64,000 nucleotides of DNA from the NCBI GenBank assembly GCA_041659265.1, contig JBAZYP010000001.1, forward strand, positions 128,817-192,816, read 5' to 3'. Below, piece by piece: positions 36,784 to 47,761 of the stretch. The stretch comes from Candidatus Pacearchaeota archaeon (GTDB taxonomy: Archaea; Nanobdellota; Nanobdellia; Pacearchaeales; GW2011-AR1). The position numbers and the translations under genes were made by a program. Each line of letters begins with the position of its first letter. Within the stretch, counting starts at the first letter, position 1. The notes under the pieces are model-generated. The model was not told where the DNA came from. It searched no databases and worked only from the letters and a program-made list of their open reading frames with translations.

Positions 36784-39700
36784 ATGGCCTATAAAAGATA
36801 TTTTAATATTAATGGGAAAAAATATGGCCCGTATTATTATGAGTCATATAGGGATTCATCTGGAAAGGTAAAAAAAAGATATGTGAAAGTAATTGAGGAA
36901 GATAAAAAAAGTTTTACTCCTACAGATTTTTTCTCAATAATTAATAATAAAAAATTATATTTAATTTTAGGAATATTATTTTTAGCATTAATATTTGGAT
37001 TTTTTTTAATGAATAATAATTCTAATGAAGTAACTAAATCAAATGCAGCTAATTCTAAATTATTAGGCGGTTTTACAGGTTATGTTGTTTCAGAAATAAG
37101 TGAAGAAGAAATTTTGCAGAGTTATAAAAATGATAAAGCAGATTTATCTATAAAAGAACCTAAAAAGATTTTTGGTAATATTGTTTCTGAAAATAAGAAT
37201 AAAAGGATGGATTTTAGCTTATCTAGTGGAGAGATAAGAGTTTATTTTGATTTATTGAATTATAGTAATTTTGTTAGTAATATTGAAGAAAAGATAATTA
37301 ATGGCGAAAGTTCTCAAGTAGGGAGTAGTCAAATTAATAATCCTGGATTAACTGGTAATGTAGTTAGTGAAGAAGAAAATACTAGTGTTGATAATGGTAA
37401 TTTAGAAGAAAATATAATTGAAGAGAATAATTCTAGTAATAAAATTAATGAAAATGATAATGAGCAAAATTTGGTTGATGAAAATTCTATTAATGGTAAT
37501 GAAAATAATGAAATTAAAAATGAAATTAGTATTGATGAAGTTAAGCAAAAGGTTGAAGAAATTGAATCTGAAGAAATTGAAGTTATTGCAGATAGTTCTA
37601 AAGTTGAAGCTGAAAATTTTGATATTAATATAGATAAGATTCCTGATGAAAATGAAAAAGAATCTTCATATAAATGGGGGTATAAAGTTAGATTAAATGA
37701 TTATAAGTTTTTAGCTAAAATTGATGTTACATCTGGAGATAAGATTTCTGTTTATAATGAAAATAGTTTAAAAATTGGTAGAAATATATTATCATTTTCT
37801 GATTTAGAAAGTCAAGGGTATAAAGTTAGTTTTGAAAAACCTAATTTAGATATAGTAGAAGAAAAAGTTGAAGAAGTTGTTCAAGTAATTGAAAAAGAAG
37901 ATACAACAATAGAAAATATTGAAAATGTTACGGAAGAAAATGTTAATGAGAGTCAAGAAAGTCAAGGTAATGAAAGTAGTGTAGAAGAAAATACTGTAAA
38001 TTCTGAAACTTCTGTTGATGAAAGTACTGGTAATGTTGATAATAATGTTGATGAGACTGTTGGAGATGGAGCAGCTAATAATGGAGAAGATACTAGTAAT
38101 GAGAAAAGCGAAACTCCTGTTGAAGAGGGCGCTAATAATGCTGAAGCAAGTAGTGAAGCAAGTAGTGAATCAATAAGTGAAACTACAAGTGACCCTGCAA
38201 GCGAATCTGTAAGTGAATCTTTAAGCGAATCAGTTAGTGAAACTTCAAGCGAATCAACTAGTGAAGGAAGTGTTGAAGCTAGTCCAGGAATAACTGGGGG
38301 AGTTATAAGATTCTTTTCAGGAATAACTGCTAAAATTATTGGAATTGATGAAGAAAGTGTTGTTGAAGATATAAGTTACGAAAACATAATAACTGTTTAT
38401 ATTGAAAGAGATTTTACAAATAATAATGAAGGAATTGAATTAGGGGATATTATTGAAATTGATCCTACATTAATAATTTATATTTCTAAAGCAGAACACT
38501 TGGATAGTTCCAGAAATTATATTAGTGATATCTATGAAAGTGTTAGTGTTTTAGATGGAAATTTTAGTGAAGAAATAAGTGTAGGTGATTTTGTAAGAGT
38601 AAGTTTTGAAGAGAATCTTACCAATGAAAGAGATATAACAATTTATGCAAGAGGAACAAGTGGAGAAAGTTCAATTGAAGTTTATGAAAAAGATGGAAAT
38701 GACGTAATTGCTAAATTTGAAGGAATTAGTGAAGAGAAAGAATATAAAATATATCTTGAAAATTTAAGTTTGTATCAAGATACTTTTGATTTGAAGATTC
38801 TTGATAATCCCGCTAGCTTTGATTATATTGTTGACCCTTTTATAGATAATGGTTCGATGATTCAATATGTTTATGATTGTGGAATATTAAATACAACTGG
38901 GGCTACTTATATTTTAAATCAGTCGATTAATACTACTGGAACTTGTTTTAATATAACTGCTGATAATGTTACTTTAGATGGAAATGGGTATAGTATTGAT
39001 GGGGATGATTCTGGAACAGATTATGGAATTTATGCTAATGGAAGAATTAATTTAACTATTAAGAATTTTAATAATATAACTGATTTTGCTTCTGCAGGAA
39101 TATATTTTAATAATATTAATAATTCATTAATTTATAATTCTAGTATATTATCCAATAATGAGGGAATTCATTTTCTATCTAGTTATAATAACAACTTAAG
39201 CATAATTACGTCTAATAATAATTCACAAAGCGGAATTTATTTTAATACTGCTAATTATAATACTTTATTTAATATTACTTCTAATTCTAATAGTAATGGT
39301 ATTTATTTTAATCCGGGTTCTAATAACAACTTAAGTATAATTACTTCAAATTACAATTCACAAAATGGAATGTATCTTATCTCTTATTCTAATAATAATA
39401 AATTAATTTCTGTAACTTCTAATTCAAATCTTAATTCTGGAATTTATTTTCAATCAAGTTCAAATAACACATTATTTGATTTTACTTCAAATTCAAATCT
39501 GGGTTATGGAATTAATATTTATACTAGTTCAATGAATGTAATAAATAATTTTTCCTTATGGAATTGTTCAAAATCAGCAAGTTTTGCTTGTATAAGTTTA
39601 TTTGGTGTCTTTGATTATGCAAATGATAATTCTCTAATTAATGGTAATATTAATTATACTACTAATTCTGGAATTGCGATTCAAACAATGCCTATGAATG

Positions 39701-42700
39701 GATATGTTCGAAATAATTATTTTAAGAATATAAAAATTGAAAATATTAATGGAAATATCATATATGTGGGGTTACTTGTTGGAGGCGATTCAATTAATAA
39801 TACATTTATTAATGTAAGTTATCAATCATCCGGAGAAGCTTTTTCAGGATGCATTTCAACAACTTGTGAAATTATTAGAAAATGGTATTATTCTGCAAGT
39901 GTTAATGATACAAGAGGATTAGCTGTAGATGGTGCTAATGTTTCTTTGGTAAATGTTAGTGGAGTTAATCAAGGAACATTATTAACAAATGCTTTAGGAT
40001 TAACTAATCTAACTGAAATTATTGAATATGTTAATTATGCTGGAACAAGAACATATTATTCTAATTATACATTAAATGCAAGTAAAAATGGATATGGTGC
40101 TAGTGGACATGTTATGAATTTTTCAATTAGTCAGAATTTATTAAATGATTATTTTATACTTGATAGTACATTAAACATAACTCAAACATATTCTCAAAAT
40201 ATATCTAGCACTGTTGGTGGAAGTGTTGTAAGAGGAGATAATGTAACAATTAATGCAACAATTGTAAATGCAACAATAATTGATAAAGTTTGGATAAAGC
40301 TATGGCAAGGTGCTGTTGGAGTTAGTCAAGTAATATGGCAAGGGTTTATGGCGTTTATTAGTGGAAATTTATGGAGTGTAACAATACCTACAAATATGAC
40401 TTGGAATATTGGAGAGGTAAATTATACAGTTTATGCAAATGATACCATTGGGCAGGAAGTTAATATGAGTTCTAATGTAACAATGTTACAAGGATTTAAT
40501 TTGACACAGTGCGGGGTGTTAGATGTTGAGAATGGTTATTATAGGTTGATGAATAATGTTTCAAATAATGAAACTTGCTTTAATATTACTGCTGATAATG
40601 TGACTTTGGATGGAAATGGGTATTTAATTAATTTTTCAAGTGATAGTGGAGATGCAAATTATGGAATTTATGGAAATCGTATTTCTAATATAACTATTAA
40701 AAATTGTAAGTTTATAGCAAAGTCAAGAGATAGTTATTATGATGATGGTATTTATTTAGCAAATTCAAATTTTTCTTTAATTTATAATAATAGTTTTGAA
40801 AGTTGTTTTAATGGAGTTAATATTGTTAACTCTACATTTATTACCATAGAAAATAATACTCTAAATAATATTGCTACTGGTGTATATTTTTGGGCTGTAA
40901 CTGATTCAAATGTAACTAATAATATAATTAATGATGGTAATTCTTGGTCAGGGGTTGCACTATCAATTTCTAATAGAAGCCTTATATATGGAAATTTAAT
41001 TTCAAATTTTACAGGAATGGTAGTTATTACCGGTGCAATTGATTTATCTAGTTCTTATTACAATAGAATCATTCTTAATAATATAACTGGAGTTTATTCA
41101 GGAATTCAACTTATCTTAAGTAATTATAATAATCTTTCTATGAATAATATTAAAAATATTAATTTGAATGGGGATGGAAGTGGATTAAGGTTAGTAGGAA
41201 ATTATAATTATGTAGAAAAAATATTTATTCAAAATGTATCCTATGGTGATGATGGATTGACTGTTGAAGGAAGTTATAATATTGTAAATGAAACAAGGAT
41301 TGATTTTTCAAGAACAAATGCATTATATTTTAATGAAGCTCAAAATAATTCTTTATATAATATAAATATTACAAATTCAGGATATTTTATTGAAAGTATT
41401 GGTAATAAAAATTTAAATAATAATTTAATTAATGTTACAACAACAAATGATTCAGAACGTCTTTCATTGGGTACAGATTATTTCAGAAAATGGTATTTGG
41501 ATGTTAATGTTAGTAATTTAACTAGCCAACTTGATAATGCTTTAATAAATTCTTCAAATAGAACTGGAAGTTTGCAATATTCTGATTTGACTTCTAGTAG
41601 TGGAATTGTTAGACAAGAGTTAGTAGAATATGTTAATATTAATGGAACTAGGACTTATTATTCACCTTATACTTTGAATGTGACTAAAACGGGTTATAGT
41701 GATTATGGAAATAATAGTGTGAATATAAGTTCGAATAAATGGATGGATGTTAGACTAGATGTTAGTAGTGATGGTTCAATTGGAATAACTCAATGTCAGG
41801 AATTGAATCAGGCAAATACGACTTATGTTTTACAGAATAATGCAAATACAACTGGAACTTGTTTTAATATTACTGCAGATAATGTTACGTTAAATTTAAA
41901 TGGCTTTGATATAATTGGATCACAAAATGGTTATGGTGTTTATGGAACTGGAATTAATAATATAAATATTTCTAGAGGAGGTTATATCAAGAATTTTAGT
42001 AATGCTATTTATTTAATGGATGTTAATTATAGTGTTATTGAGGGTTTAAATATAAATGAGAATAATGGCGTTTATTCTGGAATTTATTTATTACAAAGTA
42101 ATTATAATAATTTAACAGCAATAAATTATAGTTATAATAATGCAAGTAATAATTCTGGACTTTTTGTTGAAAGTTCCTCTTATAATAATATTTGGAATAA
42201 TTATTTTAATTTTAATAATGTGACTCATGCAACTGGTAATCTTTATGGAGCCCCTATATTAGGATTGTATTTAAATTCATTAGGAAATAATATTGAAAAT
42301 TCAACATTAATAAATAATCTATTTATAATGGGCGGAAGTAGTTCTATTCTTGGAGGAGGATTGTTTGGATTATCAAGTGGGTGCAATAATAGTATTATTA
42401 GAAATACCAATATTAGTAATAATTTTATGAATCTTTCTAATTTTATTATTGGTGGAGCAATTGGTTTATATGATAGTTCTAATAATAATATTTCTTCAAG
42501 CATAATTTTTAATAATACTTTTAAATCCACTCAAGCTTTTCGTGGAGGGGCTATAGGTATTCAAGAAAGTTATAATAATATTATTTTATTAAGTTCAATT
42601 AATAATAATTATATTGAAAGTAATACTGTTTCTGGAGGAGTAATTGGTATCGCTTATGGTTCAAATTATAATAATATTTCTTCAAGTTTTATTTCTGGTA

Positions 42701-45700
42701 ACATTGTTAGGGTAAACAGTATGATAGATGGAGGAATAATCGGAGTTGAAGCATCAACTAATTTTATATGGAATAGTACAATTACAAGAAATAATATTAC
42801 TCTATATGATGTTTATGGTGGGGGTGTTATTGGATTAGAATCAAATAATGATGCATTTTTAACTAATATTTCAAATAATAATATTACTATGTTTCAAATT
42901 CATGGTGGAGGGGTAATTGGAACTTATTGGGGAGAGTATGTTAATTTTTCTATTAATACTATAGTTGGCAATATTATTACAATAACGGATTCTATTTATG
43001 GCGGAGGAATAATCGGAATTAGTTCTTATGATTCTAGTTATAACACTATTTTTAATAATATTATTCTTAATAATACTATTTCTAATAGTAATTATGTTAT
43101 TGGTGGAGGGGTAATTGGTATGAATAGTGCTCACTATAACAATATTTCTTTAAGTTTAGTTTCAGGAAATTTAATTAGATTAAATCATGAAGTTTATGGT
43201 GGAGGGATAATTGGAATAAATTATGGAAGGGGAAATAATATTTCTTTAAGTACAATTTCCAATAACAATATAACTAATAATAATGTTTCAGGTGGAGGAA
43301 TAATAGGGTTTATAGGAAGTACTAGCACAAATAATAGTATTTTATCGAGTTCGATAAGTGGAAATAATCTATCTAATTATTATCTAGGTGGAGGAGCTAT
43401 AATTGGTCTTTTTGATAGTTCTTATAATAAATTTATAAATATTTCAATAAATGGTTCTTCAAATTTAGGAAAGGGAATTGGTTTGCAAAGAAGTTCAAGC
43501 TATAACTTATTTAAGGATATAGAAATATCTTATTCTGGAGATTATGCAATCGGAGTAAATAATCATTTAAATGCAAATTCTATCAATAATACTTTTAATA
43601 ATCTTTCTGCAATATATGCTCCAAATGGTTCATTGTATATCTCACAACAATATAATGGAACAAATTTAATTGATATTTCTAATTTAGGAAATTATACAAT
43701 TTTTGGAACTGGTGCAACAATAAATATTGAAAATACTTTATATGGAAAAATTAGTTATATAAATGTTGTAAGTGGATCTGGTACAAATTTCTCGAATGAT
43801 ATTAGAATTGGAAATAATTCAATAACAGTTGAATCTGGAAGTCAAAATGGATTAAATAGAAGTGCGAATTTAAGATTATATGGACTATCAACTAGTTATC
43901 TTAATCCAAAAATTTATAGGAATGGAAATATTATTTGTAATTCAACTACTAATCCATCATGTTATAATTTTTCATCTTTAAATGCTGGAATAGTTATTTT
44001 TAATGTAAGTAGTTGGAGTAATTATAGTATAGGTGAATTGAATGAAACGCTTAATTTAACTCTTAATATAACTCAAACAATTTATCAAAATCAATCTGGA
44101 ACTGTTGGTGGAAGTGTTGTAAGAGGAGATAATGTAACAATTAATGCAACAATTGTTAATGCAACTGTAATTGATAGAGTTTGGATAAAGATATGGCAAG
44201 GTGCCATTGGTGCTTCACAGATAATATGGCAAGGATTTATGGCGTTTATTAGTGGAAATCTGTGGTCGGTTACTATTCCAACTAACTCAAGTTGGAATGT
44301 TGGATTAATGAATTATACTGTTTATGCAAATGATACAATCGGGCAGGAAGTGAATTTGAGTTCTAATGTAACAATGTTACAAGGATTTAATTTGACTGAG
44401 TGTGGGGTTTTGGATCAGGTTAATGGGTATTATAGATTGATGAATGAAATTGAAATTAATGATTCTCCAACAAGTGATTGTTTTATTATCAGTGCAAATA
44501 ATATAACTTTAGATCTTAATGGATTTGGTATAATTAGTAATTGGACTGGTGTAGAAGATGACCCTTGTTTTTTAAAAACAAAATCATTTATTAGATTATC
44601 AAATTCAAATAATTCTAGAATTTTTAATGGTTATGCTAATAATTTTTCAGGATATGGAATTTATGATAGTGGGGCATATGTTTATGGAACAATTATTGAA
44701 AATTTTAGTGTAAATTATGGATGTCATGCTATATTTATGTTAAATAGCGATAATATTTATGTTAATAATATTACTTCAATTGAAAATCTTGGAGGAATTT
44801 ATGCAAATGATAATAATATAATAAAAAATGTTTATTATTATAATAATCATATTGGAGGGATGATTACTACTCGTGGAATTTGGCTCAAAGATAACAATAC
44901 TCTTGAAAATAATATCGTAGTTAATAATGTAAGTTATGGCATAAATGTTGAAGATAATAATACTCTAATAAATAATTTTATTATTAATAATTCAAATGAA
45001 TTATATACCACTGAGCAGGGTAGTTTGGGTCTTCAGAATAATAATTATGTTGAAAATTTATTTATAGATAATGTTATTTGTGGAATAACCTTAGGTTCAA
45101 ATAATACAATTAAATTTTTTAATATAACAAATAGTGATTTTGGTATTTATCCTAAAGAATTAATAACTTATTATACAAATAACACTTTTATAGATGGATC
45201 TATTAGTAATTCAAATATTTTAGATATTAATTTAACAAGATCCTCTCAAACAGTTAAATTTTATTTTATTAATATAAGTTATAATTATTCTAGGGAATTT
45301 GTTAAAGGAGCAAATGTCTCATTAATTCGTAAATGGTATTTGGATGTTAATGTAAGTAATATTACAGGGCAATTGGATAATTCCTTAGTTAATTCAAGTA
45401 ATTCTAGTGGAATATTGCAGGTTTCTACATTGACTGGAAGTAGTGGGATTGTTAGACAAGAATTAACTGAATATATTAATATTAATGGAACTTGGATTTA
45501 TTATTCTCCTTATACTTTGAATGTTACTAAATCTAATTATACTTCTTATGGAAATAATTCAGTTAATATAAGTGGAAATAAGTGGATGGATGTGAGGCTT
45601 GATGTTAGTGGAGATGGAACTATTAGTGTTACAGAATGTCAGGAGTTGAATATTAGTGGAGGATATTATAGATTTGTTAGTGATATTTATGCAAATGGAA

Positions 45701-47673
45701 CTTGTTTTAATATTACTGATGATAATATAACACTTGATGGAAATGGATACGATCTTCATGGAATTTTTGATGCTCAATTAGGAGATGAATTTGGAATTTA
45801 TGCTTTAAATATAAAAAATTTAAATATAAAAAATATCAAAAATATAAGTAATTATGGTAGTGATGGAAGTTTAGATGGAGCTATCTATTTAGCTGGAATC
45901 AATAATTCAATAATAACAAATATTAGTTTAGAATCTAATAACTATGCTTTTAGGATAGATACTAATTCAAGAAATAATTATATATATAATCTATCTTCTT
46001 ATAATAGCTATTACGGGGTTTATTCTGTTGGGTATAATAATACTTTTAGTGATATCATTACAAATAATAACTCCAATGGTTTTACATTATCCGGATATAA
46101 TAGTTCTCTTAATATTTTAACTACTAAATATAATAGATGGTCTGGATTAGATTTGTCTTCGTCATCGGGTTATAATTTGGTTATGAATGTTACTTCACTT
46201 TATAATCAATACGGTCTCTTTTCATATTATAGCCAATTTAATATATTAAAATATAATAATTTTTCTGGAAATGATATTAATTTTAGAATATTTGAGGATT
46301 ATAACAATACGATTGATCCTTCAAATATTGTTGATTATAATTATAGAATTTATTATAATTATTCTATCTCAAATTATATTTATGATGAAAATACTGCACC
46401 AAATGCAGGATTAGTATATTGTATTAATTGTATTAATGTTACTATAAGAAATCTTAATCTTTCACATTATAATTATGATGGTGTTTATTTTTATAATACG
46501 ACTGAATCTTTTATACAAAATTTAAGTACAGATTATAACTCTTATGGAATTAATCTAGAAAGAAGTTCTAGAAATTTTATTAGCAATATTAATTCTGAAA
46601 ATAATATTAATTCATTATATCTTTATGGATTATCTACATCTAATAGATTTTATAATCTTTCTTCAAAAGATTCTCATTCTGGGATTTTATTATATGACGA
46701 TCCAACTAATAATAGTTTTGATGGAATTTTAATTTCAAATGTAAATCTTAGTATTGATATTTTTGGATGTTCTAATAATACTTTTAGTAATTTTAGTTTA
46801 TTTAATTGTTCAAATAGTAGTATTAATTCGTGCATTAATCTTTATTCTAGTGTTTCAACAAATGTAGAAAGTAATTGGTTTATTTCTGGTTTAATAGATA
46901 CTTCTTATGAAAGTTCAAAGGGAATTTGGATACAATCTACAGCTTCCGGATATAATAAGAATAATTATTTTAAAGATATTAAATTAAAAAATATTAGTGG
47001 AGATTATATAAGAATTGAAAGAACTTCTGGTACTGCATCTAATAATACTTTTGTTAATGTAAGTTATCCATTGTCAAGCGAGATAGTAAGTGGAACTTCA
47101 GCTGAACTTATTAGAAAAGGGTATTATTCAGCAAGTGTAAATGATACGAGAGGATTAGCTGTAAGTGGAGCTAATGTTAGTTTAGTTAATGTTAGTGGGG
47201 TTAATCAAGGTACATTATTAACAAATGATTTAGGTTTAACAAATCTAACTGAAGTTATTGAATATGTTAATTATGCTGGAACAAGAACATATTATTCTAA
47301 TTATACTTTAAATGCAAGTAAAAATGGATATGGTGCTAGTGGAAAAACAAAGAATTTTTCTATAAGTCAGAATTTATTAAATGATTATTTTATACTTGAT
47401 TCAACTCTAAATGTAACTTCTGTTATAAGTCAGAATCAATCTGGAAGTGCGGGTGGAACAGTAGCTAGAGGGGATAATGTTACAATTAATGCAACAATTG
47501 TAAATGCAACAATAATTGATAAAGTTTGGATAAAGTTATGGCAAGGAGCTATTGGTGCTTCTCAGATAATCTGGCAAGGATTTATGGCTTTTATTAGTGG
47601 GAATCTTTGGTCAGTTACAATTCCAACTAATTGGACATTCCCTGTTGGTGAAGTAAATTATTACTGTTTATAG
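36784..47673 (+). CDS. giant surface protein, N-terminal segment (3629 aa) of a roughly 4930-aa multi-cassette beta-helix adhesin-like protein
   Basis: A basic cytoplasmic N-terminus is followed by a TM helix (LYLILGILFLALIFGFFLM), an acidic E/N/S-rich region, and five beta-helix cassettes. Each cassette starts with C..L......Y.L......CFNITADNVTLDGNG. N-x-S/T sequons are extremely dense. The segment ends at a TAG created by a 1-nt insertion. Confidence 0.85.
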   Translation: MAYKRYFNINGKKYGPYYYESYRDSSGKVKKRYVKVIEEDKKSFTPTDFFSIINNKKLYLILGILFLALIFGFFLMNNNSNEVTKSNAANSKLLGGFTGYVVSEISEEEILQSYKNDKADLSIKEPKKIFGNIVSENKNKRMDFSLSSGEIRVYFDLLNYSNFVSNIEEKIINGESSQVGSSQINNPGLTGNVVSEEENTSVDNGNLEENIIEENNSSNKINENDNEQNLVDENSINGNENNEIKNEISIDEVKQKVEEIESEEIEVIADSSKVEAENFDINIDKIPDENEKESSYKWGYKVRLNDYKFLAKIDVTSGDKISVYNENSLKIGRNILSFSDLESQGYKVSFEKPNLDIVEEKVEEVVQVIEKEDTTIENIENVTEENVNESQESQGNESSVEENTVNSETSVDESTGNVDNNVDETVGDGAANNGEDTSNEKSETPVEEGANNAEASSEASSESISETTSDPASESVSESLSESVSETSSESTSEGSVEASPGITGGVIRFFSGITAKIIGIDEESVVEDISYENIITVYIERDFTNNNEGIELGDIIEIDPTLIIYISKAEHLDSSRNYISDIYESVSVLDGNFSEEISVGDFVRVSFEENLTNERDITIYARGTSGESSIEVYEKDGNDVIAKFEGISEEKEYKIYLENLSLYQDTFDLKILDNPASFDYIVDPFIDNGSMIQYVYDCGILNTTGATYILNQSINTTGTCFNITADNVTLDGNGYSIDGDDSGTDYGIYANGRINLTIKNFNNITDFASAGIYFNNINNSLIYNSSILSNNEGIHFLSSYNNNLSIITSNNNSQSGIYFNTANYNTLFNITSNSNSNGIYFNPGSNNNLSIITSNYNSQNGMYLISYSNNNKLISVTSNSNLNSGIYFQSSSNNTLFDFTSNSNLGYGINIYTSSMNVINNFSLWNCSKSASFACISLFGVFDYANDNSLINGNINYTTNSGIAIQTMPMNGYVRNNYFKNIKIENINGNIIYVGLLVGGDSINNTFINVSYQSSGEAFSGCISTTCEIIRKWYYSASVNDTRGLAVDGANVSLVNVSGVNQGTLLTNALGLTNLTEIIEYVNYAGTRTYYSNYTLNASKNGYGASGHVMNFSISQNLLNDYFILDSTLNITQTYSQNISSTVGGSVVRGDNVTINATIVNATIIDKVWIKLWQGAVGVSQVIWQGFMAFISGNLWSVTIPTNMTWNIGEVNYTVYANDTIGQEVNMSSNVTMLQGFNLTQCGVLDVENGYYRLMNNVSNNETCFNITADNVTLDGNGYLINFSSDSGDANYGIYGNRISNITIKNCKFIAKSRDSYYDDGIYLANSNFSLIYNNSFESCFNGVNIVNSTFITIENNTLNNIATGVYFWAVTDSNVTNNIINDGNSWSGVALSISNRSLIYGNLISNFTGMVVITGAIDLSSSYYNRIILNNITGVYSGIQLILSNYNNLSMNNIKNINLNGDGSGLRLVGNYNYVEKIFIQNVSYGDDGLTVEGSYNIVNETRIDFSRTNALYFNEAQNNSLYNINITNSGYFIESIGNKNLNNNLINVTTTNDSERLSLGTDYFRKWYLDVNVSNLTSQLDNALINSSNRTGSLQYSDLTSSSGIVRQELVEYVNINGTRTYYSPYTLNVTKTGYSDYGNNSVNISSNKWMDVRLDVSSDGSIGITQCQELNQANTTYVLQNNANTTGTCFNITADNVTLNLNGFDIIGSQNGYGVYGTGINNINISRGGYIKNFSNAIYLMDVNYSVIEGLNINENNGVYSGIYLLQSNYNNLTAINYSYNNASNNSGLFVESSSYNNIWNNYFNFNNVTHATGNLYGAPILGLYLNSLGNNIENSTLINNLFIMGGSSSILGGGLFGLSSGCNNSIIRNTNISNNFMNLSNFIIGGAIGLYDSSNNNISSSIIFNNTFKSTQAFRGGAIGIQESYNNIILLSSINNNYIESNTVSGGVIGIAYGSNYNNISSSFISGNIVRVNSMIDGGIIGVEASTNFIWNSTITRNNITLYDVYGGGVIGLESNNDAFLTNISNNNITMFQIHGGGVIGTYWGEYVNFSINTIVGNIITITDSIYGGGIIGISSYDSSYNTIFNNIILNNTISNSNYVIGGGVIGMNSAHYNNISLSLVSGNLIRLNHEVYGGGIIGINYGRGNNISLSTISNNNITNNNVSGGGIIGFIGSTSTNNSILSSSISGNNLSNYYLGGGAIIGLFDSSYNKFINISINGSSNLGKGIGLQRSSSYNLFKDIEISYSGDYAIGVNNHLNANSINNTFNNLSAIYAPNGSLYISQQYNGTNLIDISNLGNYTIFGTGATINIENTLYGKISYINVVSGSGTNFSNDIRIGNNSITVESGSQNGLNRSANLRLYGLSTSYLNPKIYRNGNIICNSTTNPSCYNFSSLNAGIVIFNVSSWSNYSIGELNETLNLTLNITQTIYQNQSGTVGGSVVRGDNVTINATIVNATVIDRVWIKIWQGAIGASQIIWQGFMAFISGNLWSVTIPTNSSWNVGLMNYTVYANDTIGQEVNLSSNVTMLQGFNLTECGVLDQVNGYYRLMNEIEINDSPTSDCFIISANNITLDLNGFGIISNWTGVEDDPCFLKTKSFIRLSNSNNSRIFNGYANNFSGYGIYDSGAYVYGTIIENFSVNYGCHAIFMLNSDNIYVNNITSIENLGGIYANDNNIIKNVYYYNNHIGGMITTRGIWLKDNNTLENNIVVNNVSYGINVEDNNTLINNFIINNSNELYTTEQGSLGLQNNNYVENLFIDNVICGITLGSNNTIKFFNITNSDFGIYPKELITYYTNNTFIDGSISNSNILDINLTRSSQTVKFYFINISYNYSREFVKGANVSLIRKWYLDVNVSNITGQLDNSLVNSSNSSGILQVSTLTGSSGIVRQELTEYININGTWIYYSPYTLNVTKSNYTSYGNNSVNISGNKWMDVRLDVSGDGTISVTECQELNISGGYYRFVSDIYANGTCFNITDDNITLDGNGYDLHGIFDAQLGDEFGIYALNIKNLNIKNIKNISNYGSDGSLDGAIYLAGINNSIITNISLESNNYAFRIDTNSRNNYIYNLSSYNSYYGVYSVGYNNTFSDIITNNNSNGFTLSGYNSSLNILTTKYNRWSGLDLSSSSGYNLVMNVTSLYNQYGLFSYYSQFNILKYNNFSGNDINFRIFEDYNNTIDPSNIVDYNYRIYYNYSISNYIYDENTAPNAGLVYCINCINVTIRNLNLSHYNYDGVYFYNTTESFIQNLSTDYNSYGINLERSSRNFISNINSENNINSLYLYGLSTSNRFYNLSSKDSHSGILLYDDPTNNSFDGILISNVNLSIDIFGCSNNTFSNFSLFNCSNSSINSCINLYSSVSTNVESNWFISGLIDTSYESSKGIWIQSTASGYNKNNYFKDIKLKNISGDYIRIERTSGTASNNTFVNVSYPLSSEIVSGTSAELIRKGYYSASVNDTRGLAVSGANVSLVNVSGVNQGTLLTNDLGLTNLTEVIEYVNYAGTRTYYSNYTLNASKNGYGASGKTKNFSISQNLLNDYFILDSTLNVTSVISQNQSGSAGGTVARGDNVTINATIVNATIIDKVWIKLWQGAIGASQIIWQGFMAFISGNLWSVTIPTNWTFPVGEVNYYCL
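38146..38283 (+). repeat. 12-bp-period coding repeat (SESx)n, acidic Ser-rich low-complexity tract
   Basis: It encodes SSEASSESISETTSDPASESVSESLSESVSETSSESTSEGS, from agtgaa/agcgaa repeats. Confidence 0.7.
39871..40525 (+). repeat. about 650-bp intragenic repeat, copy 1 (modules C+A), re-occurring at 47107..47761
   Basis: IRKWYYSASVNDTRGLAV.GANVSLVNVSGVNQGTLLTN...LNITQT...IWQGFMAFISGNLWSVTIPTN is repeated almost verbatim. Confidence 0.85.
41486..41775 (+). repeat. about 290-bp intragenic repeat (module B, CarboxypepD_reg-like), copy 1 of 3
   Basis: RKWYLDVNVSNLT.QLDN...GIVRQEL.EY.NINGT..YYSPYTLNVTK..Y..YGNNSVNIS.NKWMDVRLDVS recurs at about 45328 and about 48776. Confidence 0.85.
42240..43440 (+). 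repeat. array of about 20 degenerate units of about 25 aa with GG(A/V/I)IG and FxxN/NNxI motifs (Pmp-like repeat)
   Basis: The units read ...IIGGAIGLYDSSNNNISSSIIFNNTF..FRGGAIGIQESYNN...VSGGVIGIAYGSNYNNIS...IDGGIIGVEAS... Confidence 0.6.
44062..44415 (+). repeat. module A, copy 2 (about 355 bp)
   Basis: LNITQTIYQNQSGTVGGSVVRGDNVTINATIVNATVIDRVWIKIWQGAIGASQIIWQGFMAFISGNLWSVTIPTN...TMLQGFNLTECGVLD. Confidence 0.85.
45328..45618 (+). repeat. module B, copy 2
   Basis: See 41486..41775. Confidence 0.85.
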
Positions 47674-47761
47674 CAATGATACAATTGGGCAGGAAGTTAA
47701 TTTGAGTGGTAATTTTACGACTGTTGAAAATTATAATGTTACTCAGTGTGGGGAATTGGGA
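47107..47761 (+). repeat. about 650-bp intragenic repeat, copy 2 (modules C+A); contains the frameshift
   Basis: It is near-identical to 39871..40525. The reading frame breaks at 47661/47662. Confidence 0.85.

Noticed and set aside
47656-47673. Programmed ribosomal frameshift at the giant-gene break
   Set aside because: There is no X-XXY-YYZ slippery heptamer and no obvious downstream stimulatory structure. A simple 1-nt indel in aaattatTact is more parsimonious, though it is not excluded.
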